Part shown: positions 7,600 to 17,303 of the stretch, piece by piece
How the letters are laid out: every line of letters begins with the position of its first letter
Position numbering within the stretch: position 1 is the first letter of the stretch
Origin: a virus
Taxonomy: Duplodnaviria > Caudoviricetes
Reading direction: 5' to 3' (one strand)
Virus record (IMG/VR): IMGVR_UViG_3300010362_000039
Location: 1 to 43,272 of that record
DNA length: 43,272 nt
Position numbers and translations under genes: made by a program
Notes under the pieces: generated by a model
Database searches by the model: none
Told to the model about the DNA's origin: nothing
What the model saw: only the letters and a program-made list of their open reading frames with translations

Positions 7600-8006
7600 T
7601 CTGCCGGTTCTGCGGCGCCGACATCACCGACGATCTCCTGCACGTCTTGAAGTGCGACGGCCGCCAGGGACACCTCGAGGCGGTCGAGGCCGAGTTCCCG
7701 CCGCACACGAAAGCGCGCACGACCGATCCGATCACGAGTCATATTGCGGCGCGCCCCGACCGCGTCACCGATCGTGCCCGCGCCCTGACCGCGCTACGCA
7801 CCGCAGGGATGGAGGGTCTCACGGATTTCGAATTAGGCGATCGAATTGGCCGGCAACAGACGAGTGCCGGCAAGCGGCGCCTCGAGTTGTGCGCGTTAGG
7901 CCTCGTCTGCAATTCAGGGCAACGGCGTCCCGCGCCGAGTGGAAGTCCGGCGATCGTGTGGCGCATCACCACGGACGAAGAACGACAACGACGGAGGACC
8001 GCATGA
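7596..8006 (+). CDS. Putative winged-helix DNA-binding protein
   Basis: ARTTDPITSH, GLTDFEL, KRRLELCALGLV, AIVWR. Confidence 0.6.
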   Translation: MICRFCGADITDDLLHVLKCDGRQGHLEAVEAEFPPHTKARTTDPITSHIAARPDRVTDRARALTALRTAGMEGLTDFELGDRIGRQQTSAGKRRLELCALGLVCNSGQRRPAPSGSPAIVWRITTDEERQRRRTA

Positions 8007-8353
8007 GTCTCGCGTTCGAGTATGAACGGGCACTGAACCGCCTGGCGAAGTGGCGCAGCATCTTCACCGGACGATGGCTAGGTACGCGGACCTTGCAGGA
8101 CTCCGAAGCGATTGCCGTCCGTGACGTGTTCGAAAAACTTCTCCTGCTCCGCGTCGAACTCTCGGCGCTCTCGAATCTCTTGATCGATCGGAAGTCCATC
8201 ACCTTGCAGGCCTACCAGGCGCAAATCGTGATCGAGTGCGAGCATCTCCAACACGCCCTCGAGCAGCAGTTCCCCGGATTCAAAGCGTGCGACTACGGCA
8301 TGGATGTGGAGACGGCGAAGGCGGCCGAGACCACGAAAGGATGGCCAAAATGA
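8003..8353 (+). CDS. Hypothetical protein
   Basis: GGAGGA RBS, ATGA overlap. Confidence 0.6.
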   Translation: MSLAFEYERALNRLAKWRSIFTGRWLGTRTLQDSEAIAVRDVFEKLLLLRVELSALSNLLIDRKSITLQAYQAQIVIECEHLQHALEQQFPGFKACDYGMDVETAKAAETTKGWPK

Positions 8354-8925
8354 AATTGTTTGATGCGGACAAAGTGCCCTGCTATCTCGATGACATCGGC
8401 CACCGGGTCGAGCGGATCAATGACGAAGAGGTGAAGATGGTCGACCTCACGTTGCGGGTGCAACCATTCACGCTCGAACTCGCCACCGCACTCGATCCGG
8501 ATGTACGCGCCCTCCTGTTCTCGATGAACTCCGGGGAACCCAAGCCGAAGATCAAGTCCCTCGAGTTCCGCCTCACCGTCGATCGGCAACGTGTGGACGT
8601 CTACACCTTGCCCGAGGAAAACGGGCGCCCGCAGATTGCGTTCTCCGATGTGGAGATTTCGAGTGTGCGCGCCAGGACGGAAAAAGGCGTGGATGGGTTC
8701 GGCCTCGTGTTCTACGCGAGTTTCGGCCCCGTGGGGAAGGATGAACTCGAGTACGTGTGTAACTGGCACACGCAGCAACGGTTCGTCACCTTCGAACCGC
8801 AAGATCCCGCGCTCGACTTTGCGAAACCTGCCGCCGTGGATGATGCGCCCCGTCCTCGACGCCGGCGAGGCGTCGCCATCGCGCCCGGCGATGAAGTGCG
8901 CCCCGGGGTCCATGCGCAACATTGA
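8350..8925 (+). CDS. Hypothetical protein
   Basis: ATG overlapping the upstream stop; normal composition. Confidence 0.6.
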   Translation: MKLFDADKVPCYLDDIGHRVERINDEEVKMVDLTLRVQPFTLELATALDPDVRALLFSMNSGEPKPKIKSLEFRLTVDRQRVDVYTLPEENGRPQIAFSDVEISSVRARTEKGVDGFGLVFYASFGPVGKDELEYVCNWHTQQRFVTFEPQDPALDFAKPAAVDDAPRPRRRRGVAIAPGDEVRPGVHAQH

Positions 8926-8934
8926 CGGGACGAG

Positions 8935-9306
8935 ATGGGCACCGCCCCTCCACATCCGTGTGCCCGATGTGGCGCCTATATCTCCGGTCGTTGTCCGCGG
9001 TGTGCACGGAAGCAGGACCGGGCACGAGGCACGGCGCACGCTCGTGGCTATACGGCGGAGTGGGCGGAGTTCTCCCGCGCATGGTTGCAGCGGCACCCGT
9101 GGTGTGGTGAACGCGCGGACGGACGACTCTACGCGGAGCATAGCTGGTGTGTCCGTGCCGAACGTCGCACCCGCGCCACTGTGACCGATCACATCCGCGC
9201 GCTCAAGGATGGCGGTGCGCACATGGTCGACAGCAACCACCAGTCGTTATGCGCGGACTGCAATCGACGGAAGGCGATCAAGTTTGAAGGAGCGCTCGCC
9301 CGGTGA
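8935..9306 (+). CDS. HNH endonuclease (packaging-associated, HK97 gp74-like)
   Basis: RGY...W...HPWC...ATVTDHI...NHQSLCADCN. Confidence 0.85.
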   Translation: MGTAPPHPCARCGAYISGRCPRCARKQDRARGTAHARGYTAEWAEFSRAWLQRHPWCGERADGRLYAEHSWCVRAERRTRATVTDHIRALKDGGAHMVDSNHQSLCADCNRRKAIKFEGALAR

Positions 9307-9324
9307 CGACGACGAGTGACGACA

Positions 9325-9420
9325 GCGGGGCGAGGGGGGGTCGCAAATCTCTAGGGAAAACTCGCGCCAAACCACCTGGCACCCCCTCTCGCACGGCCGC
9401 GAAATTGACATCGGGGGGGT
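9325..9420. other. Candidate cos/packaging-initiation region
   Basis: Non-coding, directly after the HNH gene; G-run + AAATCTCTAG...CGCGAAATTG + G-run layout resembles cos regions of HNH/P27-terminase phages. Confidence 0.45.
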
Positions 9421-9469
9421 CTGTGACGACCGAGTGACGAGATGACGACCGAGTGACGAGGTGTTTTCT

Positions 9470-9841
9470 ATGTGGACGTTGGCCAAATCGTTCCGGTTCG
9501 AGGCCGCCCATCACCTCCCGAGTCACGATGGGAAATGCCGGCGCGTGCATGGACATTCCTGGGTCGGAGAACTCGAGGTCCGCGGCGACATCCTCCACAC
9601 GACGGGCCCGAAACGCGGGATGGTGATCGACTACGGGGACCTGAGTGCCGCCCTGGCGCCGCTCGTGGAGGAGGTACTCGATCATCACGACTTGAATCTC
9701 ACGACGGGACTCCCCGATCCGACCTCGGAGGCGATCGCCGAGTTCATCTTCCGGTGGCTCACCTCCCGTCTGGAGGGGCTCGTCGCGGTGACGATTCACG
9801 AGACCTGCACATCGAGGTGCCGCTATGCTCCGGGTGACTGA
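9470..9841 (+). CDS. queD: 6-carboxytetrahydropterin synthase
   Basis: FEAAHHL, CRRVHGHSW, GMVIDYG, LDHHDLN, PTSE, ET motifs; GAGGTG RBS. Confidence 0.92.
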   Translation: MWTLAKSFRFEAAHHLPSHDGKCRRVHGHSWVGELEVRGDILHTTGPKRGMVIDYGDLSAALAPLVEEVLDHHDLNLTTGLPDPTSEAIAEFIFRWLTSRLEGLVAVTIHETCTSRCRYAPGD

Positions 9842-10439
9842 AATCTTTCGATCCTTACAAGGTGAGGGACGGCGGGCCGGTGAGCCGTCCGTGTTCGTCC
9901 GGTTCTCCGGGTGCTCGGCGAAACATGCGTGCGCGAGTTCGGGTGTTGTGTGCGATACCGAGTTCGAAAGCGGGACCGCCTTCGAGACTGAGGAACTCCT
10001 CGAGGTGGTCGAGCGTGTGGCGCGGGGCATCAAGTGGGTCGTGTGGACCGGTGGCGAGCCGATCGATCAACTCACCGAGGCGATCGTTCGGGAGTTCAAA
10101 CGCGCCGGCTACCATCAGCAGATCGAAACGAGCGGGATCGGGCGCGTGCCCGCCGGCCTCGATTGGGTCACCGTCAGCCCCAAGGTCGCGGAGCACATTC
10201 TCGTCCGGCATTTTCCGGAGCGTCAGGACGGCCTCCACGTTGACGAGTTGAAGTACGTCCGTCACGTCGGCCAGGCGATCCCGGAGCCGGCGCTCAAGGC
10301 CGCGGTGTATTGCCTCTCGCCGCACAGTGACGGCGATCTCCTCAACCGGGCGAACCTCGAGCACTGCATTCAACTCTGCTACGACCATCCCGCCTGGCGT
10401 CTCTCGGTGCAACAGCACAAGCTCTGGCGGGTGCGATGA
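9825..10439 (+). CDS. queE: 7-carboxy-7-deazaguanine synthase (radical SAM)
   Basis: EIFRSLQGEG, FVRFSGC...CDT, TGGEP, IETSG, TVSPK, WRLSVQQHK. Confidence 0.9.
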   Translation: MLRVTEIFRSLQGEGRRAGEPSVFVRFSGCSAKHACASSGVVCDTEFESGTAFETEELLEVVERVARGIKWVVWTGGEPIDQLTEAIVREFKRAGYHQQIETSGIGRVPAGLDWVTVSPKVAEHILVRHFPERQDGLHVDELKYVRHVGQAIPEPALKAAVYCLSPHSDGDLLNRANLEHCIQLCYDHPAWRLSVQQHKLWRVR

Positions 10440-11101
10440 AGAAGAAGCCCGCCGAAACGACGATCGAGGATCTGACACCGAACCCGCGGAATCCCCGCGT
10501 GGCCTGGAAGGCGGAGCAAATCGAACCGTTCAAGGCGAGTCTCCGCCGCTTCGGGGATCTCGGGGGCATCGTTCGCAATCTCACGACGGGGCAACTCGTC
10601 GGTGGACACAAGCGGGTCGAGGTGTTCCGCGCCTCCACCGATGTGCGCGTCGTGAAAACCACGCAGGCGAAGGATGAGCAAGGCACGGTTGCCCTCGGCT
10701 ACGTGATCGTCGACGGCGATCGCTTCGCCTACCGCGAGGTCGAGTGGGCACCGGAGATCGAGGCCGCGGCGAATCTCGCCGCCAATCGTTGGGGCGCCGA
10801 GTGGGCGTGGCAGCTGGTCTCGGAAACCTTGCAGGGCATCAGTGATCCGTCGCTGCTCGAGTTGACCGGCTTCCCGGCGCACGAATTGGAAAACCTCCTC
10901 GCCGCGGACTGGACGCCACCAGCCCGCGAGGCCTTACCGGATGACGGAGCGCCCGGGCACCTCGTGAAGTTGAGCAACGAACAGCACGCGCTTCTGCAGC
11001 AGTGCAAGGAACGCCTCGCCTTGCGGTACGAGGAGGACGGCCTCACCGATGCGCGTGTTGTCGCCCTGGTGTGCACGGAGTTCCTGAACCATGCCTCCTG
11101 A
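10436..11101 (+). CDS. ParB/Srx-like domain protein
   Basis: DLTPNPRNPR, SLRRFG, IVRN...LVGGHKR, LELTGF. Confidence 0.75.
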   Translation: MKKKPAETTIEDLTPNPRNPRVAWKAEQIEPFKASLRRFGDLGGIVRNLTTGQLVGGHKRVEVFRASTDVRVVKTTQAKDEQGTVALGYVIVDGDRFAYREVEWAPEIEAAANLAANRWGAEWAWQLVSETLQGISDPSLLELTGFPAHELENLLAADWTPPAREALPDDGAPGHLVKLSNEQHALLQQCKERLALRYEEDGLTDARVVALVCTEFLNHAS

Positions 11102-11939
11102 TATTCGACTCGCCCTCGCGGACGGCCAGGCGGAACGGAACGGCAGTCTCGATCGGCACCCGACCTCCGCACACGACCACGCGCCCGCGTTGCTCGTCTC
11201 GTACGTGTACCTCGAGCCGTTCTTCGAGAACCGCGCGCATTACCACTATCGTGACTGGGTCATGGATAGCGGCGCCTTCTCCGCGCATCACAGCGGGATC
11301 GAGATTCCGCTCGAGGCGTACATCGAGAAGTGCCGCGAACTACTCGCCACCGATCGGACGCTGACCGAGGTGTTCAGTCTCGACGTGATCGGCGATCATC
11401 TGGCGAGCCGGCGCAATTGCGAGGCGATGTGGTCGGCCGGCATCCCGGCGATTCCCTGTTATCACCACGGGGAGCCCGAGTCCGTTCTTCTCGAACTCGC
11501 CGCGGCGTATCCGAAGATTGCCCTCGGCGGCGCCGTCGGTTTGCGGTCCGCGTATAAGTTGCGATGGGCGCAACAGTGCTTCGCCCGGGTGTGGCCGAAG
11601 CGGATTCACGGGTTCGGGTTCGGCGCCGGTACCCACATTCTCGCGTTGCCCTGGCACTCCGTCGATGCCACGAATTGGGAAAGCGGGCCGTGCCTCTGGG
11701 GCAATTGGAAACGCTACGGGAAGATGAGCGTCCGCGGGAGTAAGCAGAACCTTCGCGGGGAAGTCGAGGATCTCCTCACGCTCGAGCGCCGCGCGCAAGT
11801 CCGGTGGCGTCCTCAGATGGTGGAGCTCGACGCCCTTCCCTCCACCGCGCCCGTCGTGCGCCTGGCGATGGCGACCAATCGCAACGTGAAGAGCGAGCGC
11901 TACACCTCCGGACTCGGACCGGTGAAAGGCACCTCATGA
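11091..11939 (+). CDS. TGT-fold transglycosylase, DpdA-like (candidate DNA 7-deazaguanine insertase)
   Basis: MDSGAFS, LDVIG, IPCYHHG, IALGGAVG, IHGFG, SVDATNW; embedded among preQ0 genes. Confidence 0.7.
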   Translation: MPPDIRLALADGQAERNGSLDRHPTSAHDHAPALLVSYVYLEPFFENRAHYHYRDWVMDSGAFSAHHSGIEIPLEAYIEKCRELLATDRTLTEVFSLDVIGDHLASRRNCEAMWSAGIPAIPCYHHGEPESVLLELAAAYPKIALGGAVGLRSAYKLRWAQQCFARVWPKRIHGFGFGAGTHILALPWHSVDATNWESGPCLWGNWKRYGKMSVRGSKQNLRGEVEDLLTLERRAQVRWRPQMVELDALPSTAPVVRLAMATNRNVKSERYTSGLGPVKGTS

Positions 11940-12604
11940 CGACTCTCGTGATCCTCTCGGGCGGGATGGATTCCGCCGTGCTCCTCGCCCATTTCCTCGA
12001 CGCCGGGCACATCGTCTCGGCGCTCAGTGTCGACTACGGGCAACGTCACCGAATCGAACTCGAGCACGCGCACGCCCTGGCGGACTATTACCGGGTCCCG
12101 TGGGAGTGTGCCGATCTCTCCGCCCTCCGTCCGCTCCTGGCGGGCAGTAGTCAGACGAGTGAGGTACCGGTTCCGTACGGGCACTATGCGGATGCGTCGA
12201 TGCGGGTGACCGTGGTCCCGAATCGCAACATGATTCTGCTCGCGGTCGCCGGCGCGAAGGCGATCGGGATGGCGGCGGACCAGATTGCCTACGCCGCCCA
12301 CGCGGGCGATCATCCGATTTATCCGGACTGCCGGCCCGAGTTCGTTGACGCGCTCGAGGCGGCGCTCCTCCTGGCCGACTGGCAACAGGTCCGGATTGCC
12401 CGCCCGTTTATCCGGTGGACGAAGGCGGAGATTTGCACCCGCGGCGCCGGCCTCCGTGTGCCGTTCGAGTTGACGTACTCGTGTTATGAGGGGCGCTCCG
12501 ATCGGCACTGCGGGCGCTGTGGTACGTGTGTCGAACGGCGCGAAGCGTTCACGCTTGCCCGGGTGCCGGATCCCACGCGGTACGCCGCCGAGGTGTCCGC
12601 ATGA
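11936..12604 (+). CDS. queC: 7-cyano-7-deazaguanine synthase
   Basis: LSGGMDS, DYGQRH, VPNRN, YPDCRPEF, TYSCY...CGRCGTC. Confidence 0.95.
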   Translation: MTTLVILSGGMDSAVLLAHFLDAGHIVSALSVDYGQRHRIELEHAHALADYYRVPWECADLSALRPLLAGSSQTSEVPVPYGHYADASMRVTVVPNRNMILLAVAGAKAIGMAADQIAYAAHAGDHPIYPDCRPEFVDALEAALLLADWQQVRIARPFIRWTKAEICTRGAGLRVPFELTYSCYEGRSDRHCGRCGTCVERREAFTLARVPDPTRYAAEVSA

Positions 12605-13155
12605 CCGTCGCTACTGATGCCGTGATCGAGCACCTCCACGGCCTCCTCGTCGCCCTCGGCGAAGATGCCACGCGGGAAGGCCTCCAACGCACACCCGAAC
12701 GAGTCGCACGCTTCTTCCGCGAACTCACGACCCGGCAACCGTTCGAGTTCACGACGTTCGATGCCGAGGGCACCGACGAAATGATTGTGGTCGGGCCGAT
12801 TCCGTTCTATTCCCTCTGCGAACATCATCTGATGCCCTTCTTCGGGACGGCCTCGATCGGTTATGTCCCGAACGGACGGATCGTCGGCCTCTCGAAACTC
12901 CCGCGATTGCTGGAGTACTTCGCGCACGGATTCCAAAACCAAGAGCGGATCACACAGCAAGTCGCCGCGGCGCTGATGGCGCGGGTCGAGCCGAAGGGCG
13001 CCGGCGTGGTCCTCCACGCGCGGCACCTCTGCATGGAAATGCGTGGCGTCCGGGTGCCAGGGGCGACGACGACCACCTCGGCGCTCCGGGGTGTATTCCT
13101 CGAGGATGCCCGCTGCCGGCGAGAGTTTCTCGAGTTCGATGCCCGTCAATCATGA
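12601..13155 (+). CDS. folE: GTP cyclohydrolase I
   Basis: REGLQRTPERVA, SLCEHHLMPFFG, GLSKLPR, QERIT, HLCMEMRGV. Confidence 0.95.
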   Translation: MTVATDAVIEHLHGLLVALGEDATREGLQRTPERVARFFRELTTRQPFEFTTFDAEGTDEMIVVGPIPFYSLCEHHLMPFFGTASIGYVPNGRIVGLSKLPRLLEYFAHGFQNQERITQQVAAALMARVEPKGAGVVLHARHLCMEMRGVRVPGATTTTSALRGVFLEDARCRREFLEFDARQS

Positions 13156-13676
13156 GAGGCCGTAAACCGAAACCGACCGCTGTCAAGGTGCTCGAGGGGA
13201 ACCCGGGCAAACGGGTGCTCAATGCCCGCGAACCGCAACCGCCGATCTCCCCGGAGACGTTTGAGCCACCACGGGAACTCGCGGGCGATCCGGTCGCACT
13301 CGCCTACTGGCAAGAGTTGGTACCGGTCCTCCGTCAAATCCGACAGATCACGGACGTCGATCGCGGCGTGCTCGTGGCGCTCTGTGTCCAGTGGAGTCGG
13401 TACATCGAGGCCACCGCCGCCTTGCAGCAACGGGATGAACAGGGACGCTCCCGGATGTTGATTCGCCTGGAGGGCGGCACGTTTCAACAGAACCCGTACA
13501 TTGCGATTGCGAACAAATCGCTCCTGCTCTGCACGAAGCTGTGGATCGAACTCGGGCTCACCCCGTCGAGTCGATCCCGCGTGCACACCGACGGCGCCCC
13601 GATCGGCGGGGATGCCTTCTCCGAATTTGATACACCGCCCGTGCTCGTGGACGATGACGATCTTGTCAAGCACTAA
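13152..13676 (+). CDS. Terminase small subunit (P27 family)
   Basis: RGRKPKPTAVKVLEGNPGKR, QNPY, LGLTPSSRSR. Confidence 0.9.
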   Translation: MRGRKPKPTAVKVLEGNPGKRVLNAREPQPPISPETFEPPRELAGDPVALAYWQELVPVLRQIRQITDVDRGVLVALCVQWSRYIEATAALQQRDEQGRSRMLIRLEGGTFQQNPYIAIANKSLLLCTKLWIELGLTPSSRSRVHTDGAPIGGDAFSEFDTPPVLVDDDDLVKH

Positions 13677-15337
13677 TGCATGTGATCGATCGGTACGCCC
13701 GCGATGTGTTGCGCGGTAGGTTTCCGGCCGGCACCTACCATCGCAAAGCGTGTGAACGCCACCTCCGCGATCTCGAGCGCCAGGACACCCGACGCTTTCC
13801 GTATCGCCTCCGCTACAAGCTGGCCGATCGGTTCTTTCGATTCACCGAGCAGCTGCGGCACTACAAAGGGGAATGGGCCGGACGGCCGATCGTCCTTGAA
13901 CCGCATCAGCGCTTTCGTCTCGGGTCCGTCATCGGCTGGGTCCATCGTGAGACGGGGCTCCGTCGCTTTCGGACGGCCTACAACGAAGAACCGCGGAAGA
14001 ACGGCAAGTCTCTCGAGGCGGCCATGATTGCCCTCTACATCTCCTTTTTCGACGGAGAACCCGGGGCGGAAGGCTATTGCATTGCCACGAAACGGGACCA
14101 AGCCAAAATCGTGTGGAACGATGCGAAGAAACTGACGGAGAAAAGCGGACTCCGCTCGCGCATCGTGGTCCTGTCGGCGAATCTCCACCTCAACGCCACG
14201 GCCTCGAAACTCGAACCGCTCGGTGCCGATCACGACTCGACGGACGGCCTCAACCCGAGTCTCATCATCACGGACGAATTTCACGCCCAGAAAAACCGGG
14301 ACCTCCTCGACGTGATGGAAACCGCCACCGGCGCCCGGCGCCAGCCCCTCAACTTTCAGATCACGACCGCCGGCAACGATCCGATCTCGCCCTGCGGGGA
14401 CCAACACGACTACGCCTGCAAAATTCTCGATGGGGTGATCGTCGATGACACATTCTTCGCCTTCATTGCCCACGCGGAACCGACGGACGACTGGTTGAGC
14501 GAACAGACCTGGCGGAAGGCGAACCCGAATTACGGGGTGTCGGTCAAACCGGACGATCTCCGGGCACTCGCGGCGAAGGCGAGTCACATGCCCGCCGCCG
14601 CCGCCGCGTTCAAACAAAAGCGGCTGAACCTCTGGGTCAATGCCACGTTGCCGTGGCTCTCGCTCGAGGGGTGGCGCCGCGGGCAAACACGCTGGACCCT
14701 GGCGGAGATGGCCGGCGAGCCCTGCTGGATCGGGATCGACCTGAGTTCGAAGATCGACCTCACGGCCGTCGTCCTCGTCTTTCCCCCGACGGAAGCGCGG
14801 AAGTCCTGGCGCTTCGTGGTGTGGCCACTCACACCCGCCGATACACTCGAGCAACGGGAACGGCGCGATCGTGCCCCGTACGCGCACTGGGTCCAGGCCG
14901 GCTATCTGCGGACGAATCCGGGGAACCGGATCGACCAAGGCGAAGTCGTAGAACTCGTACACCAGGCGGCGGAGCAATTCGACGTGCAACGGATCGGGGT
15001 CGATCCGTGGAATGCCGGCAACCTCGTCACCGAACTCGCGGACGCCGGTTTTCAAGTCGTGGAGATTCCGCAAACGCTGGCGCAGATGAGCGGACCGGCG
15101 AAAGACTTTGAAGCCGACGTCCTCGACGGCCTCGCCGATGCCGGCCACAATCCGCTCATGGAGTGGTGCGTGAGCAACGTCATCGTGCAACGCGATAACA
15201 AAGACAACATTTTCCCGGTGAAAAAAAAGAGCCGCGGCAGAATCGATCCAGTCATTGCGGCGCTGATGGGTCGCAAGCTGGCGGCGATTGATTGCGCGGC
15301 GCCGCCGGCAGCAGAACCGGATCTGGTGGTCGCATGA
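13676..15337 (+). CDS. Terminase large subunit
   Basis: PRKNGKS Walker A, IITDEFHA Walker B, ITTAG, WRKANP, GIDLSSKIDLT, RIDPVIA. Confidence 0.95.
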   Translation: MHVIDRYARDVLRGRFPAGTYHRKACERHLRDLERQDTRRFPYRLRYKLADRFFRFTEQLRHYKGEWAGRPIVLEPHQRFRLGSVIGWVHRETGLRRFRTAYNEEPRKNGKSLEAAMIALYISFFDGEPGAEGYCIATKRDQAKIVWNDAKKLTEKSGLRSRIVVLSANLHLNATASKLEPLGADHDSTDGLNPSLIITDEFHAQKNRDLLDVMETATGARRQPLNFQITTAGNDPISPCGDQHDYACKILDGVIVDDTFFAFIAHAEPTDDWLSEQTWRKANPNYGVSVKPDDLRALAAKASHMPAAAAAFKQKRLNLWVNATLPWLSLEGWRRGQTRWTLAEMAGEPCWIGIDLSSKIDLTAVVLVFPPTEARKSWRFVVWPLTPADTLEQRERRDRAPYAHWVQAGYLRTNPGNRIDQGEVVELVHQAAEQFDVQRIGVDPWNAGNLVTELADAGFQVVEIPQTLAQMSGPAKDFEADVLDGLADAGHNPLMEWCVSNVIVQRDNKDNIFPVKKKSRGRIDPVIAALMGRKLAAIDCAAPPAAEPDLVVA

Positions 15338-15522
15338 AGCAACAACCATCTCGAGGACGCCCGCCACTCGATGACGAATCGGCTAGCGTGTCCGTGCATC
15401 TGAAGATGCCGGCGGCGCAGTACGACGACACCTATCGACGCGCCCAGCGCGAACGTAAGAGCGTGCAAGACGTCATTCGTGCGGACGTGCGCGCCGGCGC
15501 CGCCAAGAAAAAAGAAACCTAA
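15334..15522 (+). CDS. Small ribbon-helix-helix-like protein
   Basis: GRPP...VSVHLKM...YD...A...SVQDVIR. Confidence 0.5.
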   Translation: MKQQPSRGRPPLDDESASVSVHLKMPAAQYDDTYRRAQRERKSVQDVIRADVRAGAAKKKET

Positions 15523-15564
15523 AATCGACACCCGCCTCGGCCGCGCGCCACACTGCCGAACCAT

Positions 15565-15786
15565 GTGACGTGGCTTTGGTGGCGACCGCCTTGTCTACTT
15601 CGGGCGGTGATCGTCAATCTCAAAGACGATCCAACGACAGCCATTAAGGGCGTGCTGTGGTCCTCACGGGGACCGTGGCTCACGCTCCGCTCAGCATCAC
15701 TGCTGAAAGCGACCCTCCAACCCACGCCCATCGACGGCGAAGTGATCGTCCATCGCGACAACGTGCTGTTCCTGCAAGTGCCCTGA
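15565..15786 (+). CDS. Small hypothetical protein preceding the portal
   Basis: VIVNLK...IKGVLW...IDGEVIVHRDNVLFLQV; abuts the portal start. Confidence 0.65.
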   Translation: MTWLWWRPPCLLRAVIVNLKDDPTTAIKGVLWSSRGPWLTLRSASLLKATLQPTPIDGEVIVHRDNVLFLQVP

Positions 15787-17292
15787 ATGCCGGTCGTGCA
15801 GAGTTTCGGTCAACTGCAAACGCTGACGGACCTGCGTCCGCCGTACTACTCGTTTAGCGCGAGTAGTCGCGCCGTGCCGCTCTACGGTGAGAGTCAGACG
15901 TACGCCGAGCTCTATCGGTGTCAACCGAACGTACGCACCTGCGTGGACTTCCTCGCCAGAAACATCGCGCAACTCGGGATCCACATCTTCCGCCGCATCT
16001 CCGATACCGATCGCGAACGCCTGAACGCCCATCCGCTCGCTCGGTGGCTCGAGAAACCGAACCCGACCACGACCCGGTACCGACTGATCGAAAGCTTGAT
16101 CGGGGACCTGGGTGTCTACTTCAACGCGTACTGGCTCAAGGTCCGGTACCGCGATGCCGACGGCACGGAGCAAATCGGCCTCGTGCGCCTGCCGCCGGAA
16201 GAGATGGCGATCGAGGGCGGCCTCCTCCCGTCGGAGTTCTACTGGACATACCTCGGGGTTCAGAAACCGCTCGCGCTGAGTGAAGTCGTCTACTTCAACG
16301 GCTACAGCGCGGCGAATTGTTTGGCCGGGCTCTCCCCGCTCGAAACGCTCCGCCGCATCCTGGCCGAAGAACAAGCGGCCGGCGAACATCGCGAGGCCTA
16401 CTGGCAGAACGCCTCGCGCATGGACGGCATCATCGAGCGGCCGGCCAACGCGCCACGCTGGCAAAAAGATCAAAAGCGGGAGTTCCGCGAGCAGTGGCAG
16501 GAACGTTTCTCCGGTGGCGCGGGTGCCGGTCTCGTCGCCGTTCTCGAAGACGGGATGACGTTCAAGGCGGCGTCCTTCTCCCCGAAGGATTCCGAGTACC
16601 TCTCGTCGCGCAAACTCACCCGCGAGGAATGTGCCGCCGCGTACCACATTCCGTTGCCCATGGTCGGCATCCTCGAGCACGCCACGTTCTCCAACATCAA
16701 GGAACAACACAAGCAGCTGTATCAGGACACGCTCGGCCCCTGGCTCGAAATGGTGCAGCAGGAGATCGAGCGGCAACTCCTGACCGAAGCGAACGACCAG
16801 ACCAACGTCTACGTGGAGTTCAACATCGCCGACAAAATGAAAGGCAGTTTCGAGGAACAGGCCACGGCGCTGCGCACGCTCGTCGGCCGTCCGGTGATGA
16901 CGGCGAACGAAGCCCGCGCTCGCCTGAATCTCCCTCGTGTGGACGATCCGACGGCGGATCAACTCGCCGCGCAACAGGGCGGACCGAGTGACGCGACGGC
17001 CAATCCAAACCGCCAGGCGGACGCCACCGCCGAGGAACCGCCACCGGACACCACGGCGGCGATCGCCGCGGTCATCACCTCGAACCAAGAGCGTCAACGC
17101 GCTCGCCTCGACAAAATCCCGGTCGCCGATCGCCCCGCGGCCTTCCACCGCCATCGCGATCGGTACACGCGCGAACTCGCCGACGACCTGACGCCGCTCC
17201 TCGGCTCCCGCGACACCGCCTGGCAACTCGCACTCACGACGAACGCCGCGATGCTCGCGTCCCTCGAAGCCGACGCGCTCCCGACGCACTAA
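15787..17292 (+). CDS. HK97-family portal protein
   Basis: HPLARWLEKPNP, GLSPLE, VLEDGM, ATFSNI, MTANEARARLNLP. Confidence 0.93.
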   Translation: MPVVQSFGQLQTLTDLRPPYYSFSASSRAVPLYGESQTYAELYRCQPNVRTCVDFLARNIAQLGIHIFRRISDTDRERLNAHPLARWLEKPNPTTTRYRLIESLIGDLGVYFNAYWLKVRYRDADGTEQIGLVRLPPEEMAIEGGLLPSEFYWTYLGVQKPLALSEVVYFNGYSAANCLAGLSPLETLRRILAEEQAAGEHREAYWQNASRMDGIIERPANAPRWQKDQKREFREQWQERFSGGAGAGLVAVLEDGMTFKAASFSPKDSEYLSSRKLTREECAAAYHIPLPMVGILEHATFSNIKEQHKQLYQDTLGPWLEMVQQEIERQLLTEANDQTNVYVEFNIADKMKGSFEEQATALRTLVGRPVMTANEARARLNLPRVDDPTADQLAAQQGGPSDATANPNRQADATAEEPPPDTTAAIAAVITSNQERQRARLDKIPVADRPAAFHRHRDRYTRELADDLTPLLGSRDTAWQLALTTNAAMLASLEADALPTH

Positions 17293-17303
17293 AGGAGTTT
17301 CTG

